A stretch of 64,000 bases of DNA from an uncultured Desulfobacter sp. (GCA_963665095.1 OY762069.1:480001-544000), one strand, 5' to 3'; counted from the stretch's first letter, positions 19,543 to 31,717 are shown. Numbers and translations are program-made. Notes: generated by a model not told the origin, from the sequence alone.

Positions 19543-20016
19543 TTATGCTTCGCTGTCTGAATCTGTTTCCGTAGTTGTATCAGTATCCGCCTCGGCATCA
19601 TCGGTCTCTTCTGTTTCTGTCTCAAGGGTAGAGATGACCGTACTGGTAGTATTATCAGAATCACCAAATACACTGTTAAATTCATCTATGTCCGATTCTG
19701 CCAGATTCTGGGCCTCCCCCAGGTAGGTAATGATTTCAAGCGTGTCATACCCTTCCTCCTGAAGTGCGGAGGCAAATGCACTTATATTTTCAAGGGCTTC
19801 ATCAGATGCGCCAGCTTCAGCTGCAGCGTTTGCTACTTCCGCAACCTTTTGAGCAATGGAGGAGATGGTGCATGAGTCTGAAGCTGCTGTACATATATTG
19901 TAAGTCATTGAGGCGATGGAGTCCCCCCCTGATAAGAGGGTTGAAACAGTCTGGGTTTTTAATTCCACAAGCTGGGAGTCAAGGCTTGAAAATTGGGAAA
20001 GTACAGAACTGGTCAT
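19543..20016 (-). CDS. Ser/Thr/Asp/Glu-rich hypothetical protein
   Basis: 157 aa, AAGGA RBS, acidic tail, hairpin at ~19495-19539 downstream. Confidence 0.72.
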   Translation of the reverse strand: MTSSVLSQFSSLDSQLVELKTQTVSTLLSGGDSIASMTYNICTAASDSCTISSIAQKVAEVANAAAEAGASDEALENISAFASALQEEGYDTLEIITYLGEAQNLAESDIDEFNSVFGDSDNTTSTVISTLETETEETDDAEADTDTTTETDSDSEA

Positions 20017-20051
20017 TTGTTCATTCCTTTACTGGCAGTTAACATGACGGA

Positions 20052-20525
20052 TCAGATTGTTTCTGAAAGCAGCGAGGACAATTCTGCCATCATGCTTGTC
20101 AGCTCAGCCTGTTTGGCAGCGAGCAATTGTTGTTTTGCTTCATCCTTCTGTGCTTCCAGCTTCAGTTTGAGAATCTCTTTTTCCAAGGCTTCAATTTTTT
20201 CCTGAAGCTCTTCTATTGCCTCGTCTGAGCTGGAAGATGTGGCCTGGCCACTGGTGGCAGCGTCACCGTCAGCCGTTTGTGTTTCGGTATTGGTTGCTGA
20301 GCTGTTATCATCCGCTTCTTCAACAGTGTCTGTTTCCTGGGCAAGCATCGCATATGCTTCTTCTGAAATCTCAACACTGTCCTGGACTGTTCCGGTCGTA
20401 TCCGTAGTCTGGCTGGTTGGCATAACTGGTGGGGTTGACTGGGTTGATACACTGCTGATAAGGGGTGTTCCCTGATAGGCAGATACCTGGATTGACATAA
20501 GCAACTCTCCTGATTTATGGATCAT
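20052..20525 (-). CDS. FlxA-like protein (likely start 20498)
   Basis: Low-complexity N-terminus, DSVEISEEA, C-terminal coiled coil IEELQEKIEALEKEI...KQAELTSMMAELSSL. Confidence 0.65.
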   Translation of the reverse strand: MIHKSGELLMSIQVSAYQGTPLISSVSTQSTPPVMPTSQTTDTTGTVQDSVEISEEAYAMLAQETDTVEEADDNSSATNTETQTADGDAATSGQATSSSSDEAIEELQEKIEALEKEILKLKLEAQKDEAKQQLLAAKQAELTSMMAELSSLLSETI

Positions 20526-20620
20526 TTCAAACCGGGTATTTGCGCTTTTCTGCTAAAATGGTAATACAGTTAAAATAATAAATGAGGGTTTAATACCTAA
20601 AAATATCCGGTTATAAGTAA

Positions 20621-20649
20621 TTATCGGCATTAGTATACCAAAAGATTAG
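20621..20649 (-). promoter_or_regulatory. Sigma-28 (FliA) promoter
   Basis: Minus strand CTAAT-N16-GCCGATAA; perfect -10, weaker -35. Confidence 0.62.
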
Positions 20650-20785
20650 AAAAAAAATAATTTTAATTATAGTTTTGCTGGTGTGTTAAAAAAATATATC
20701 ACATTATCATAAATATATGTGGTATATCCGGACTTGTCAGGGCTGCGATAGCTGACCCCACCGAAACCGGAAAAAATGAAATTAA

Positions 20786-21691
20786 TTGGAAAGTATGATC
20801 ATGCCATCTGGTTTTTACAGTCTTAAGCCCGGAGATGTCATTGGTGTTGCCGCGCCTTCAGCCAGGTTCAACGAACAGGAAGTTCACACAGGAGTTCAGT
20901 GCCTCAAGGATATGGGGTTTAAGGTCCGCATTCCCCAGGATATTTTTGGCCAGTCACGATACCTTGCCGGTACTGACAGGCAACGTGCAGATGTGTTGAA
21001 TGCTCTGTTTGCAGACCCTGAAGTCAAGGGGGTGATCGCTGCCCGGGGAGGGTTTGGAGCGATGCGGATACTACCGCTTCTTCACTGGAAAGAAATTGCC
21101 CAATGCCGGACACTTTTTATGGGCTTTTCAGATGCCACTGCATTGATCTGCGCGTTGGTGCTCCACGCCGGAACCTGTGCACTGCACGGTCCTAATCTGA
21201 TCTCCCTTGGCAAGAGCAGTCAGGATACCCTGGACCGCTTTTCAAAAGTGGCATCAGGCTGTTTTACAGAGCTTCACCTGCCCCGGGAACAGGTGATCTG
21301 TGCAGGGAAGGGGAAAGGACGGCTGCTTGGTGGAAACCTTGCCACTCTGGTTCATCTGATTGGTACGCCTTTTCAACCTGATTTTGATAACAGCATCCTT
21401 TTTTTGGAAGACGTTGGGGAGCCAGCTTATAAAATCGACAGAATGCTGTCCCAGATGAAGATGGCTGGTTTGCTCGACAGGATTCAGGGGGTTGTGACTG
21501 GTTCCTTTGAGGCATGTTCGGAATCGGAATATATTCCTCAGATTATTGAAGAGATATTTTCAAGTTTTGGTGTTCCGATCTGTATGGGACTTGAAGCCGG
21601 GCATGGCAGTGTGAACATCTCTTTACCCATGGGGGTTGAGGTTTCCCTTGATGCCGGCATTCCTTGTCTTCAATGGCATGTTTCAGCCTGA
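20786..21691 (+). CDS. ldcA: S66 family LD-carboxypeptidase
   Basis: ARGGFG, GFSDAT (Ser), LLGGNL, LEDVGE (Glu), GHG (His). Confidence 0.88.
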   Translation: MESMIMPSGFYSLKPGDVIGVAAPSARFNEQEVHTGVQCLKDMGFKVRIPQDIFGQSRYLAGTDRQRADVLNALFADPEVKGVIAARGGFGAMRILPLLHWKEIAQCRTLFMGFSDATALICALVLHAGTCALHGPNLISLGKSSQDTLDRFSKVASGCFTELHLPREQVICAGKGKGRLLGGNLATLVHLIGTPFQPDFDNSILFLEDVGEPAYKIDRMLSQMKMAGLLDRIQGVVTGSFEACSESEYIPQIIEEIFSSFGVPICMGLEAGHGSVNISLPMGVEVSLDAGIPCLQWHVSA

Positions 21692-22827
21692 TGGAAACAA
21701 TAAGTTTGCACAAACACAACATTGATCAGATCATGACAAATGCACTGAAAGATGGTGTATTCCCCGGTGGTGTGCTGTTGTGGGCTGACAGAAAAGATAT
21801 TAAGTACCATAAGGGATTTGGAGTTACAGATTTACGGTTACGGGTTCCTGTAACGGTGGACACTGTTTTTGATCTGGCATCTTTAACCAAGCCACTGGCT
21901 ACGGCCCTGGCTGTGGCAGACCTGATAACTCAAGGCCTTTTGGCTGTGGACATGCCCCTTGACGCTGTTCTTCCCTCATCCCGTGGAACAGATAAAGCCT
22001 GCATAACCATTGATATGCTGCTGAGGCATACCGCAGGACTTCCGGCACATCGGCCCTATTTCAGTCGGATATATCCACCGGTTCCGGGGAAGGCACCCCG
22101 CAGCAATCTGCGTCGCCTGGTAATGGAAGAACCTTTGGAACATATCCCGGGAACCCGGGAAGTTTACAGCGATCTGGGGTATATTCTGCTGGCCTGGGTG
22201 GTGGAATACCTGTCAGGAATGAGACTTGACCAATTTGTAACCGAAAGGATCTATAGGCCACTGGGAATTGACCGGCTTTTTTTTAATGACCTTTGTTCTG
22301 AACAAAAAGATCGAAAGCGTTCAGAACCGTCAATTCAGTTTGCCTCTACATGGGACTGCCCCTGGCGCAAAAAGGTGGTTCAAGGGGAGGTGGAAGATGA
22401 AAATGCCTGGGCTGCAGGGGGTATAGAAGGGCATGCAGGCCTTTTCGGCACTGCAGTCTGCGTCCATTGCCTGTGCTGTGAGATTATGTCCGCCCTTGAC
22501 GGAAAAAATGCAAAGGTTCTGAGTCCGGCTGTCCTCCAGATGTTTGCAAAAAAAATAACGGGGATGTCACGGGCAGCAGGATTTGATACCCCGAGCATTC
22601 AAGGGTCTTCTGCCGGCTCCTTGTTTTCGCGGAACAGCCTGGGGCATCTTGGATTTACCGGCACTTCTTTCTGGATGGATCCGGACAGCGGTCTGATTGT
22701 GATCCTGTTAAGCAATCGTGTACATCCCAGCAGAGAAAATATAAAAATAAAGAAGTTCAGACCCCTGATTCATGATATGATCGCATCCGGATTCAAGGCA
22801 AATATAAACGGTGTGAAACACTTTTAG
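21691..22827 (+). CDS. Serine hydrolase, beta-lactamase family
   Basis: FDLASLTK (SxxK), LLRHTAGL, YSDLGY, GHAGLF, GHLGFTG. Confidence 0.9.
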   Translation: METISLHKHNIDQIMTNALKDGVFPGGVLLWADRKDIKYHKGFGVTDLRLRVPVTVDTVFDLASLTKPLATALAVADLITQGLLAVDMPLDAVLPSSRGTDKACITIDMLLRHTAGLPAHRPYFSRIYPPVPGKAPRSNLRRLVMEEPLEHIPGTREVYSDLGYILLAWVVEYLSGMRLDQFVTERIYRPLGIDRLFFNDLCSEQKDRKRSEPSIQFASTWDCPWRKKVVQGEVEDENAWAAGGIEGHAGLFGTAVCVHCLCCEIMSALDGKNAKVLSPAVLQMFAKKITGMSRAAGFDTPSIQGSSAGSLFSRNSLGHLGFTGTSFWMDPDSGLIVILLSNRVHPSRENIKIKKFRPLIHDMIASGFKANINGVKHF

Positions 22828-22889
22828 TCTTGTAAAAACAACATAAGTTTGTTAGCAACTATTTTTTAGCAGTATTATTTCATCTATAG

Positions 22890-23975
<1,086 letters not shown>

Positions 23976-23980
23976 GGAAA

Positions 23981-24793
23981 ATGTTTTCCAGGCGGATGAT
24001 GATGTTTGTCGGTGTGGGCTTCTTTATTGTGGTGGCTCTTACCGTAATTACCATGTCCAGCCGGGAGTCCCTGCCGGCCGGCGGCGTGGAGCGGTTGGCC
24101 ATAACACTTACCTCCCCTTTTCAGTTTGTAGCATCCCGGGTGATCGGTTTCACTGAATCCGTCTGGCATACCTATTTTGCCAGTGTGATTGCTGTGAAGG
24201 AGAACCGGGAACTGCGTAAAGAACTTTCCCTGGTCAGAGAGACGGTCAACCGGTGCAGGGAGTTGGAGTTAGAGAATTCCCGCCTTAAAAAATTTGTCAA
24301 TTTTCAAAACTCAATGCCAGCCACTTACGTGGCAGCACAGGTGATTGCCAGGGATCCATCCCCATGGTTTAAAACCATTATGATTGATAAGGGCGAAAAG
24401 GCCGGTCTGGTCAAGGGACTGCCTGTGCTGGTGTCCGAGGGGATTGTTGGCCAGATAGTTAAAGTGTCCGGTCATTATTCACGGGTGCTGCTGATTACAG
24501 ACCGCAACTCAGCTGTGGACGCGCTGATCCAGGACACACGGGTGCGAGGTATGGTCAAGGGGAACAATGAGGATACCTGCTCTTTTGTTTATACCCTGAG
24601 AAAAGATGAGGTCTGTCCCGGTCAGATGATTGTCTCTTCTGGGCTGGATCAGGTGTTTCCCAAAGGGTTGAGAATCGGCAGGGTGCTTGAGGTAAAAAAA
24701 ATTCATTCCCAGTTGTTTCAAGATATTATCATTGAAACCAGTGTGGATTTTGACAGGCTTGAAGAAGTGCTGGTGTACACCAATGCTGACTGA
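23981..24793 (+). CDS. mreC: Rod shape-determining protein MreC
   Basis: TM plus coiled coil, IDKGEKAG, SSGLDQVFPKGLRIG; synteny. Confidence 0.95.
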   Translation: MFSRRMMMFVGVGFFIVVALTVITMSSRESLPAGGVERLAITLTSPFQFVASRVIGFTESVWHTYFASVIAVKENRELRKELSLVRETVNRCRELELENSRLKKFVNFQNSMPATYVAAQVIARDPSPWFKTIMIDKGEKAGLVKGLPVLVSEGIVGQIVKVSGHYSRVLLITDRNSAVDALIQDTRVRGMVKGNNEDTCSFVYTLRKDEVCPGQMIVSSGLDQVFPKGLRIGRVLEVKKIHSQLFQDIIIETSVDFDRLEEVLVYTNAD

Positions 24794-24811
24794 GGGACAG
24801 ATAGTGGCTCT

Positions 24812-25345
24812 ATGACAAACCTGGTGTTTTTTTTTATTGCTACTTTGACCTTTATGATTCTGCAGTCTGTTGTTATTCCCGGCTTCTCCTGGTTCCCCCA
24901 CTGCTTTGATTTGATGATTATAAATGTACTGTATCTCAGTCTGTTTTCCATCCGCTACTGGGTGATGATCACTCTTGTGCTTATTGGTGTAATTATGGAC
25001 AGCTTGTCAGGGGGGCCTTTTTTCCTTCATACCACTTCATACCTTTGTATATATCTGATTGTCTTCCTTTTGCGTCAGCTTGTGTTTCAGCACAGCACCG
25101 CATTTGTACTGGTTGTCAGTCTGGCTGCAGCACTTATCCACCAGGGCCTGGTGCTTTTTAGCATTTTTCTGATTCAGGGCTATCAGGGCATTGCAACCGC
25201 AGACTTCAGCCTTGCAGTAGGCCAGATTATATGGGCAGTTGTGGGGATTCCGGCAGGCGTCTGGCTATTGGGCGTGTTTCACCATAACTTTTCCTATGCC
25301 GTGAAAATTTCCCGCCGGCAGCTGGCCGGCAGATACAGGGGGTAG
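24812..25345 (+). CDS. mreD: Rod shape-determining protein MreD
   Basis: Hydrophobic, GVIMDSLSGGPF; between mreC and mrdA. Confidence 0.85.
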   Translation: MTNLVFFFIATLTFMILQSVVIPGFSWFPHCFDLMIINVLYLSLFSIRYWVMITLVLIGVIMDSLSGGPFFLHTTSYLCIYLIVFLLRQLVFQHSTAFVLVVSLAAALIHQGLVLFSIFLIQGYQGIATADFSLAVGQIIWAVVGIPAGVWLLGVFHHNFSYAVKISRRQLAGRYRG

Positions 25346-25346
25346 G

Positions 25347-27212
25347 GTGGCCGGCATTAATAAAAATCCGGAACGGGATTGGATAAAGCAACGGTACATC
25401 GGGGTCGGTCTTTGTATTGTTTTTGTATTTTCCGTTCTTCTTTTACGGCTTGTATATCTTCAGATGATCAGGGGTGAGGAATACCGGCGTATGTCCATGA
25501 CCAATTGTGTCCGGCTTAAAAGTATAAAATCTTCCAGGGGACTGATCTATGATCGTAACCATCAGTTGCTTGTAGACAATCGCCCCGCATTTGACCTGAT
25601 GATTGTTCTGGAAGATGCCAAACCGCTTAAAAAGACCCTTGAACGGTTAGGGAAACTAACGGGTGACTCCAGTGAAGAACTGATGGCCACCATTGAAAAA
25701 GCTGGTAAGTCCGCATTTTATAAACCCCTGGTTCTTAAACGGGACATTACAAGAAACCTGCTTGCCGTTGTGGAGGCACACCAGTTTGATCTGCCCGGAA
25801 TTCATATAGATATTGAACCTACCCGGCATTATATCCACAGGAAAACTGCTGCACATCTTATCGGATATTTAGGTGAGATCAATAAAGATGAGCTGGAAAG
25901 CGCGAAATATCCCAATGTCAGGGCCGGAGACTCCATCGGCCGGTACGGGGTGGAGAAAAGCTTTGAGACCGATCTTCAGGGTAAAAGAGGTGGCCGTCAG
26001 GTTGAAGTGGATGTAAATGGCCGGATCATTAAAGTGCTAAAAACAGTAAATCCTGTGCCTGGTAAGGATTTGATTCTGACATTGGACTTAGCACTACAAA
26101 AAAAAGCCGAAGCGCTTCTTGGTGATAATACTGGTGCGGTGGTGGGCCTTGATCCTTCGAACGGAGATGTCCTGGTAATGGCCTCTACTCCCAGTTTTGA
26201 CCAGAATGATTTCATTGGTGGTATCTCCAGTAAGAAATGGCAGGCTTTGATGGATGATCCTGGCCGTCCTATGAACAATAAGGCAATTCAGGCAGAATAT
26301 CCGCCTGCATCCACTTATAAAATTGTAACAGCTCTGGCAGGGCTCGAGGAAAGGGTTATAGACCGTAACTCTACTTTTTACTGTCCCGGGTTTTATAAAT
26401 TCGGGAACCGGCGTTACCATTGCTGGAATCGTTACGGTCATGGTGATTTAAATGTGGTACAGGCCCTTGAACAATCCTGTGATGTATTTTTTTACCAGAC
26501 CGGTGAGAAACTTGGCGTGGATGCCTTGGCAAAATATGCCCACGGGTCTGGTTTAGGGCGGCCCACCGGCATCCGTCTTGCCCATGAGCGAAGCGGCCTG
26601 ATTCCTACGTCAGCCTGGAAAAAGAAACGTTACAAAGAGCCCTGGCAGGCCGGTGAGACTCTGTCCATCAGTATCGGGCAGGGGTTTAACCAGGTAACGC
26701 CTTTACAAATGGCGGTATTCATTGCCGCTATAGGAAATAACGGCACGCTTTTTCGTCCACGGCTTGTAAAATCCGTTCAGGATGCCAAAGGACAGGTAAT
26801 CCGTGAAATCGAACCGGAAATTACCGGTGGTCTGCCGGCATCCAAGGAGAATCTTGCCATTGTAAGAACCGGTCTTTTAGAAGTGGTTCATGGCAACCGG
26901 GGAACTGCCCGCCGTATCCGGCTGCCCGGGGTTCAAATTGCAGGGAAAACCGGCACTGCTCAGGTATTCAGCCGGAAGACCGGAGAAAAATTTGATAATA
27001 CAAATTTAAAGCGAACCCTGCAGGATCATGCCTGGTTTGTCTGTTATGCACCAGCACAGGAGCCTAAAATTGCCATTGCCGTTATTATTGAACATGGAGA
27101 ACACGGATCCAGTGCGGCGGCCCCTGTGGCACGCGATCTAATTCATGCCTATATTGGGGACCCTGAAACTGAAATGGCTGTTTTGCGCGAAGCGCAGCCG
27201 CATCCGGAGTGA
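25347..27212 (+). CDS. mrdA: Penicillin-binding protein 2
   Basis: RGLIYDRN, ASTYK (SxxK), SCD, KTGTAQ. Confidence 0.95.
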   Translation: MAGINKNPERDWIKQRYIGVGLCIVFVFSVLLLRLVYLQMIRGEEYRRMSMTNCVRLKSIKSSRGLIYDRNHQLLVDNRPAFDLMIVLEDAKPLKKTLERLGKLTGDSSEELMATIEKAGKSAFYKPLVLKRDITRNLLAVVEAHQFDLPGIHIDIEPTRHYIHRKTAAHLIGYLGEINKDELESAKYPNVRAGDSIGRYGVEKSFETDLQGKRGGRQVEVDVNGRIIKVLKTVNPVPGKDLILTLDLALQKKAEALLGDNTGAVVGLDPSNGDVLVMASTPSFDQNDFIGGISSKKWQALMDDPGRPMNNKAIQAEYPPASTYKIVTALAGLEERVIDRNSTFYCPGFYKFGNRRYHCWNRYGHGDLNVVQALEQSCDVFFYQTGEKLGVDALAKYAHGSGLGRPTGIRLAHERSGLIPTSAWKKKRYKEPWQAGETLSISIGQGFNQVTPLQMAVFIAAIGNNGTLFRPRLVKSVQDAKGQVIREIEPEITGGLPASKENLAIVRTGLLEVVHGNRGTARRIRLPGVQIAGKTGTAQVFSRKTGEKFDNTNLKRTLQDHAWFVCYAPAQEPKIAIAVIIEHGEHGSSAAAPVARDLIHAYIGDPETEMAVLREAQPHPE

Positions 27213-27217
27213 TAAGC

Positions 27218-28327
27218 ATGTTTGACCGTCGTCTTATATCTAATTTTGACTGGGGGTTTCTGATAATTGTTATTTTTATCTGTGGCCTGGGCCTTACGGT
27301 TTTATACTCTGCGGTAACGGCAGGGTTCGGCGGCAATCTCATTCATCCTCTTTTCAAAAGACAGGCTGTGTGGATGGGGGTGGGATTTATCATTATGATG
27401 GGTTGCCTGATCATTGACTTCAAGGAACTGGGTAAGCTGCATCTGTTTATCTATTCTGTCTGTGTGGGTCTTCTGGTGGCCACCTGCCTCGTGGGGCAGA
27501 CCGGCGGCGGATCCCAGCGTTGGCTGGTTTTAGGACCGGTAAGAATGCAGACCTCTGAACTGATGAAGATATCTTTAATTATCAGCCTGACCTCTGTATA
27601 CGCAGACAGTATCAGCACGGAAGGACTGGGCTTCCGACAGTTGATCAAACCGGCGATCTTGTGTCTTATCCCTTTTGGTCTAATTGTCAGTCAGCCTGAC
27701 CTTGGCACTGGCCTTTTGCTTATGCTGATTGCCGGTTGTATTACTTTATTTGTAAAAGTAGAAAAAAAAGTCCTTTTTATCCTTGGGAGTATCGGACTGT
27801 CACTTATACCCTTGGTTTGGTTTTTTGGGCTTAAAGACTATCAAAAAGAGCGGATTCTAACATTCTTAAACCCGGAGCGTGATCCGCTGGGGGCTGGCTA
27901 CCACATCATTCAATCCAAAATTGCCATTGGTTCAGGAATGCTTACAGGTAAAGGCTTTCTTCACGGTACCCAGAACGCATTGAATTTCCTTCCAGAGCAA
28001 CATACCGATTTTATTTTGTCCGTGCTGGCGGAGGAGTGGGGGCTTGCCGGCTGTGCGGTTCTGCTCGGGCTTTATTTTATTCTGCTCTTCTGGGGGCTTA
28101 ATATTTCCTACAACTGTCGCAATATGTTCGGCTCCCTTTTGGCCATGGGGGTCACCACAATGATTTTCTGGCAGATTTTTATCAATGTCGGCATGGTCAT
28201 GGGGCTGATGCCGGTGGTAGGTGTGCCTTTACCCCTGATTTCCTATGGTGGTTCTTCTGTTGTCACAAATATGGTGGGTTTTGGTATTTTGCTTAATATC
28301 AGTATGCGAAAATTTAACACCGCCTGA
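27218..28327 (+). CDS. rodA: SEDS peptidoglycan glycosyltransferase RodA
   Basis: QPDLGT, GAGYHIIQSKIAIGSG, PEQHTDFI, PLPLISYGGSS. Confidence 0.95.
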   Translation: MFDRRLISNFDWGFLIIVIFICGLGLTVLYSAVTAGFGGNLIHPLFKRQAVWMGVGFIIMMGCLIIDFKELGKLHLFIYSVCVGLLVATCLVGQTGGGSQRWLVLGPVRMQTSELMKISLIISLTSVYADSISTEGLGFRQLIKPAILCLIPFGLIVSQPDLGTGLLLMLIAGCITLFVKVEKKVLFILGSIGLSLIPLVWFFGLKDYQKERILTFLNPERDPLGAGYHIIQSKIAIGSGMLTGKGFLHGTQNALNFLPEQHTDFILSVLAEEWGLAGCAVLLGLYFILLFWGLNISYNCRNMFGSLLAMGVTTMIFWQIFINVGMVMGLMPVVGVPLPLISYGGSSVVTNMVGFGILLNISMRKFNTA

Positions 28328-28624
28328 AATCAAAAAAAAATTTAAAGCAATTTTTGACAGAAAGTTTTTAAATTATTTTTAATTTAAAAATCAAAAATTC
28401 TTAAAAGTTTCACAGGATTTCTGGCAGGTTGATAGCGGCTGAAAGGCTTGGTACAAACAGCGTTCGCTCCCTGAAATAAATTGTTATTCTGTGTTGACAA
28501 ATGACTTGGCGGATGGTACTCAAGTCACGATCATTCAAAGCATTAAGGCTGGATTTGAATCAATCCAGTCAATAGGATATAAGTGGTTGATTTTTTGTAA
28601 TTATTAACTGGCGGAGGGAATTTT

Positions 28625-29056
28625 ATGATAACTGTGATTCCTGATATATCAGCGGTATATCAGATGGTCAATTTCCTTGTCCTCCTGTTCTTCCTCAACC
28701 TTGTTCTGTACAAACCCATTCGAAATGTCATTCTGGAAAGAAAGGCCAAAGTCGACTCCTTAAGTTCTGGGGTTGAAAAAGCATCGGCTGATCTTGAAAT
28801 TCAGAAAGATGAGTATAAGGATGGATTGAAGCAGGCAAGGGGTGAAGGCCTCAAGAAAAAAGAGGTTTTCATCAATGAGGCATCTGCAGAGGAAAAGGAA
28901 ATCATTGCCCGGATCAACAAACAGGCGCAGGCTAATTTTGCCCAGATCAAAGCGCAGGTTGCCGAAGAGAGCCGGCAAGCTCAAAAAGCGCTTGAAGCCG
29001 AGGTTGGCGAGTTTGCAAAAGCCATCGGTGAAAAGATACTCGGGAGGGCATGTTAA
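28625..29056 (+). CDS. F0 ATP synthase subunit b'
   Basis: TM then LYKPI...ERK coiled coil; first gene of the atp operon. Confidence 0.88.
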   Translation: MITVIPDISAVYQMVNFLVLLFFLNLVLYKPIRNVILERKAKVDSLSSGVEKASADLEIQKDEYKDGLKQARGEGLKKKEVFINEASAEEKEIIARINKQAQANFAQIKAQVAEESRQAQKALEAEVGEFAKAIGEKILGRAC

Positions 29057-29649
29057 TGGAAAAAATCAATTGGAAGAAACACCTTAAGGTTTCCGCTACT
29101 GTGGCAGTGCTTTTGACTGGTGCGACAGTGGTCTGGGCTTCCGGTGGCGGTCATGGCGAAGCAGCGCACCATAACGCCTGGCACGATGTTGATACCTGGA
29201 AGGTACTCAATTTTGTGATTTTGGCTCTGGGTTGCTTTTTCATTGCCAAAAAGCCGGTTGCCAATTTCTTTTCGTCCCGTGCCAAAGGGATCGAAGAGGA
29301 GTTAACAGAACTGGAAGAGAAAAAAGCCGAAGCACAGAAAAAACTGGCTGAGTACGAAACCCGGTTCAGAAATCTTGAACAGGAATCTGCCCAGATTGTT
29401 GAGGATTACATCAAACAGGGTGAAGAAGCCAAAAAACGGATTCTTGAAGAGGCACAGGCTCAGGCTGACAAACTCGAAGATATGGCCAAGCGCAATATCG
29501 AGCAGGAGTTCAAGGCTGCCAAAGCGGCGCTGAAACAGGATGTCGTGGAACAGGCAATGGCGCAGGCTGAAGCGCTCATTAAAAAGTCCATCACGACCCA
29601 GGATCAGAACCGACTGGTTGATGAATACTTGAAAAAGGTGGAGGCATAA
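29056..29649 (+). CDS. atpF: F0 ATP synthase subunit b
   Basis: WKVLNF...KKPVANFFSSR; DQNRLVDEYL. Confidence 0.9.
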   Translation: MEKINWKKHLKVSATVAVLLTGATVVWASGGGHGEAAHHNAWHDVDTWKVLNFVILALGCFFIAKKPVANFFSSRAKGIEEELTELEEKKAEAQKKLAEYETRFRNLEQESAQIVEDYIKQGEEAKKRILEEAQAQADKLEDMAKRNIEQEFKAAKAALKQDVVEQAMAQAEALIKKSITTQDQNRLVDEYLKKVEA

Positions 29650-30200
29650 TGAAGAATCTTGCAGTTTCAAGGCGTTATGCCAAGGCGTTGATTTTGATAG
29701 GCCAGGAAGACGGTCAGGCAGAAGGGTACAACGATGAGCTTTTTGCCATGGTTGGGCTTTTGGATAGCCAGGAAGGATTCGAACAGGCGCTTACGAATCC
29801 GCTCATAAGAAAAGGTGACCGTAAAAAGCTTCTTGAGGCGGTTATTGCTGCAGCAGGCTTCTCTAAGGTGATGAAATCATTTTTGTCTCTGCTTTTTGAC
29901 AAAGGCAGGATCGGTTTTCTAAGGGACATATCAACCTACTACAATACAATGGCTGATGAACTAAAAGGAGTTGTCAGGGCAAGCGTTGTGTCTGCTACGA
30001 ACCTGTCCAAGGCAAACATTACAAAAATTCAGAAGTCCTTGTCTCAGAAAACTGGTAAAACCGTTGTGCTTGACGTGAAGCAGGATTCAAGCCTTATCGG
30101 CGGAATTATCACAAAAATCGGCGATCTTGTTCTTGACGGCAGCGTAAAAACCCAGCTGATCAATATGAGGGAAACTTTAAAAAAAGGTGAGAGTGCATAA
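29649..30200 (+). CDS. atpH: F1 ATP synthase delta subunit
   Basis: [15 protein letters not shown]...DGSV. Confidence 0.95.
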   Translation: MKNLAVSRRYAKALILIGQEDGQAEGYNDELFAMVGLLDSQEGFEQALTNPLIRKGDRKKLLEAVIAAAGFSKVMKSFLSLLFDKGRIGFLRDISTYYNTMADELKGVVRASVVSATNLSKANITKIQKSLSQKTGKTVVLDVKQDSSLIGGIITKIGDLVLDGSVKTQLINMRETLKKGESA

Positions 30201-31717
30201 TGGAAATTAAAGCAGAAGAAATAAGCCAGATTATAAAAGATCAAATTAAGGGATTTGATGCGGACGTAGATCTGAGCGAAACAGGTGTCGTTCTCTCCGC
30301 GGGTGACGGTATTGCCCGCGTCTACGGTTTGGAAAAAGTAAAGGCCATGGAGCTTGTTGAGTTCCCCGGCGGTATCCTGGGCCTGGCCCTCAACCTTGAA
30401 GCTGACAACGTCGGTGTCGCCATCCTTGGCGATGACAAGGTTATCAAGGAAGGTGATGTGGTTAAAAGAACCGACCGTATCGCTTCTGTACCGGTTGGTG
30501 AAGAACTTCTGGGGCGTGTTGTCACCACCACGGGTGAGCCGGTTGACGGAAAAGGTCCCATCAACTCCAAAACTTATATGAACATGGAGCTGGTTGCCCC
30601 GGGTGTTATCGCCAGAAAAGGCGTTCACGAACCCTGCTACACAGGTTCAAAGGCTGTTGACGGCATGACCCCTGTTGGCCGCGGCCAGCGTGAGCTGATC
30701 ATTGGTGACCGTCAGATCGGTAAAACAGCGGTTGCTGTTGACGCCATCATCGCCCAGAAAGAAAGCGGCATCAAATGTATCTATGTTGCCTGCGGCCAGA
30801 AAAAGTCAACGGTTGCACAGGTTGTTGCTGCTCTTGAAGAACACGGCGCCATGGAATACACCACCGTTGTTGTGGCATCTGCTTCTGAGTCTGCTGCCAT
30901 GCAGTACCTGGCTCCTTATGCCGGATGTGCCATGGGCGAATACTTCCGTGACAAAGGCGAGCATGCCCTGATCATCTATGATGACCTTTCAAAACAGGCT
31001 GCTGCTTATCGTCAGGTATCCCTGCTGCTCAGGCGCCCACCAGGACGTGAGGCTTTCCCTGGTGACATTTTCTACAACCACAGCCGTCTGCTGGAACGTT
31101 CCGCCAAGATGAGCGATGAGCTCGGTGCTGGATCTCTCACAGCCCTTCCCATCATTGAAACCCAGGAAGGTGACGTATCTGCATTTATCCCCACCAACGT
31201 TATTTCCATCACCGACGGTCAGATCTTCCTTGATAAGGACCTCTTCTTTGCCGGTATCCGTCCGGCCATTGACGTTGGATTGTCTGTATCCCGCGTAGGT
31301 GGCGCAGCCCAGGTAAAAGCCATGAAACAGGTGGCAGGCACCTTGCGTCTGGATCTGGCTCAGTTTAGAGAGCTCGAAGCCTTTGCCGCTTTCGGTTCTG
31401 ATCTTGATGCGGCCACCCAGAAACAGCTGACCCGTGGTGAAAGACTGGTTGAGCTGCTCAAACAGCCTCAGTATCAGCCGCTTCCCATGTACAAGCAGGT
31501 AACCGTTCTTTATGCCGGTACCAAAGGTTACCTGGATGCATATCCCAAAGAAGCAGTTGCCGCCTATGAAGCAGGACTGTATCCCTTTGTTGAAAGCCGT
31601 TTCCCTGAAGTCTTCACTGGCTTGAAGGAAAAAGAAAAAATTGATGATGAACTCGAGGCCAAGCTCAAAGAATGCCTTACAGCCTATGGCGAAGAATTCA
31701 AGGAGACCTTAAGCTAA
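30200..31717 (+). CDS. atpA: F1 ATP synthase alpha subunit
   Basis: [27 protein letters not shown]. Confidence 0.98.
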   Translation: MEIKAEEISQIIKDQIKGFDADVDLSETGVVLSAGDGIARVYGLEKVKAMELVEFPGGILGLALNLEADNVGVAILGDDKVIKEGDVVKRTDRIASVPVGEELLGRVVTTTGEPVDGKGPINSKTYMNMELVAPGVIARKGVHEPCYTGSKAVDGMTPVGRGQRELIIGDRQIGKTAVAVDAIIAQKESGIKCIYVACGQKKSTVAQVVAALEEHGAMEYTTVVVASASESAAMQYLAPYAGCAMGEYFRDKGEHALIIYDDLSKQAAAYRQVSLLLRRPPGREAFPGDIFYNHSRLLERSAKMSDELGAGSLTALPIIETQEGDVSAFIPTNVISITDGQIFLDKDLFFAGIRPAIDVGLSVSRVGGAAQVKAMKQVAGTLRLDLAQFRELEAFAAFGSDLDAATQKQLTRGERLVELLKQPQYQPLPMYKQVTVLYAGTKGYLDAYPKEAVAAYEAGLYPFVESRFPEVFTGLKEKEKIDDELEAKLKECLTAYGEEFKETLS

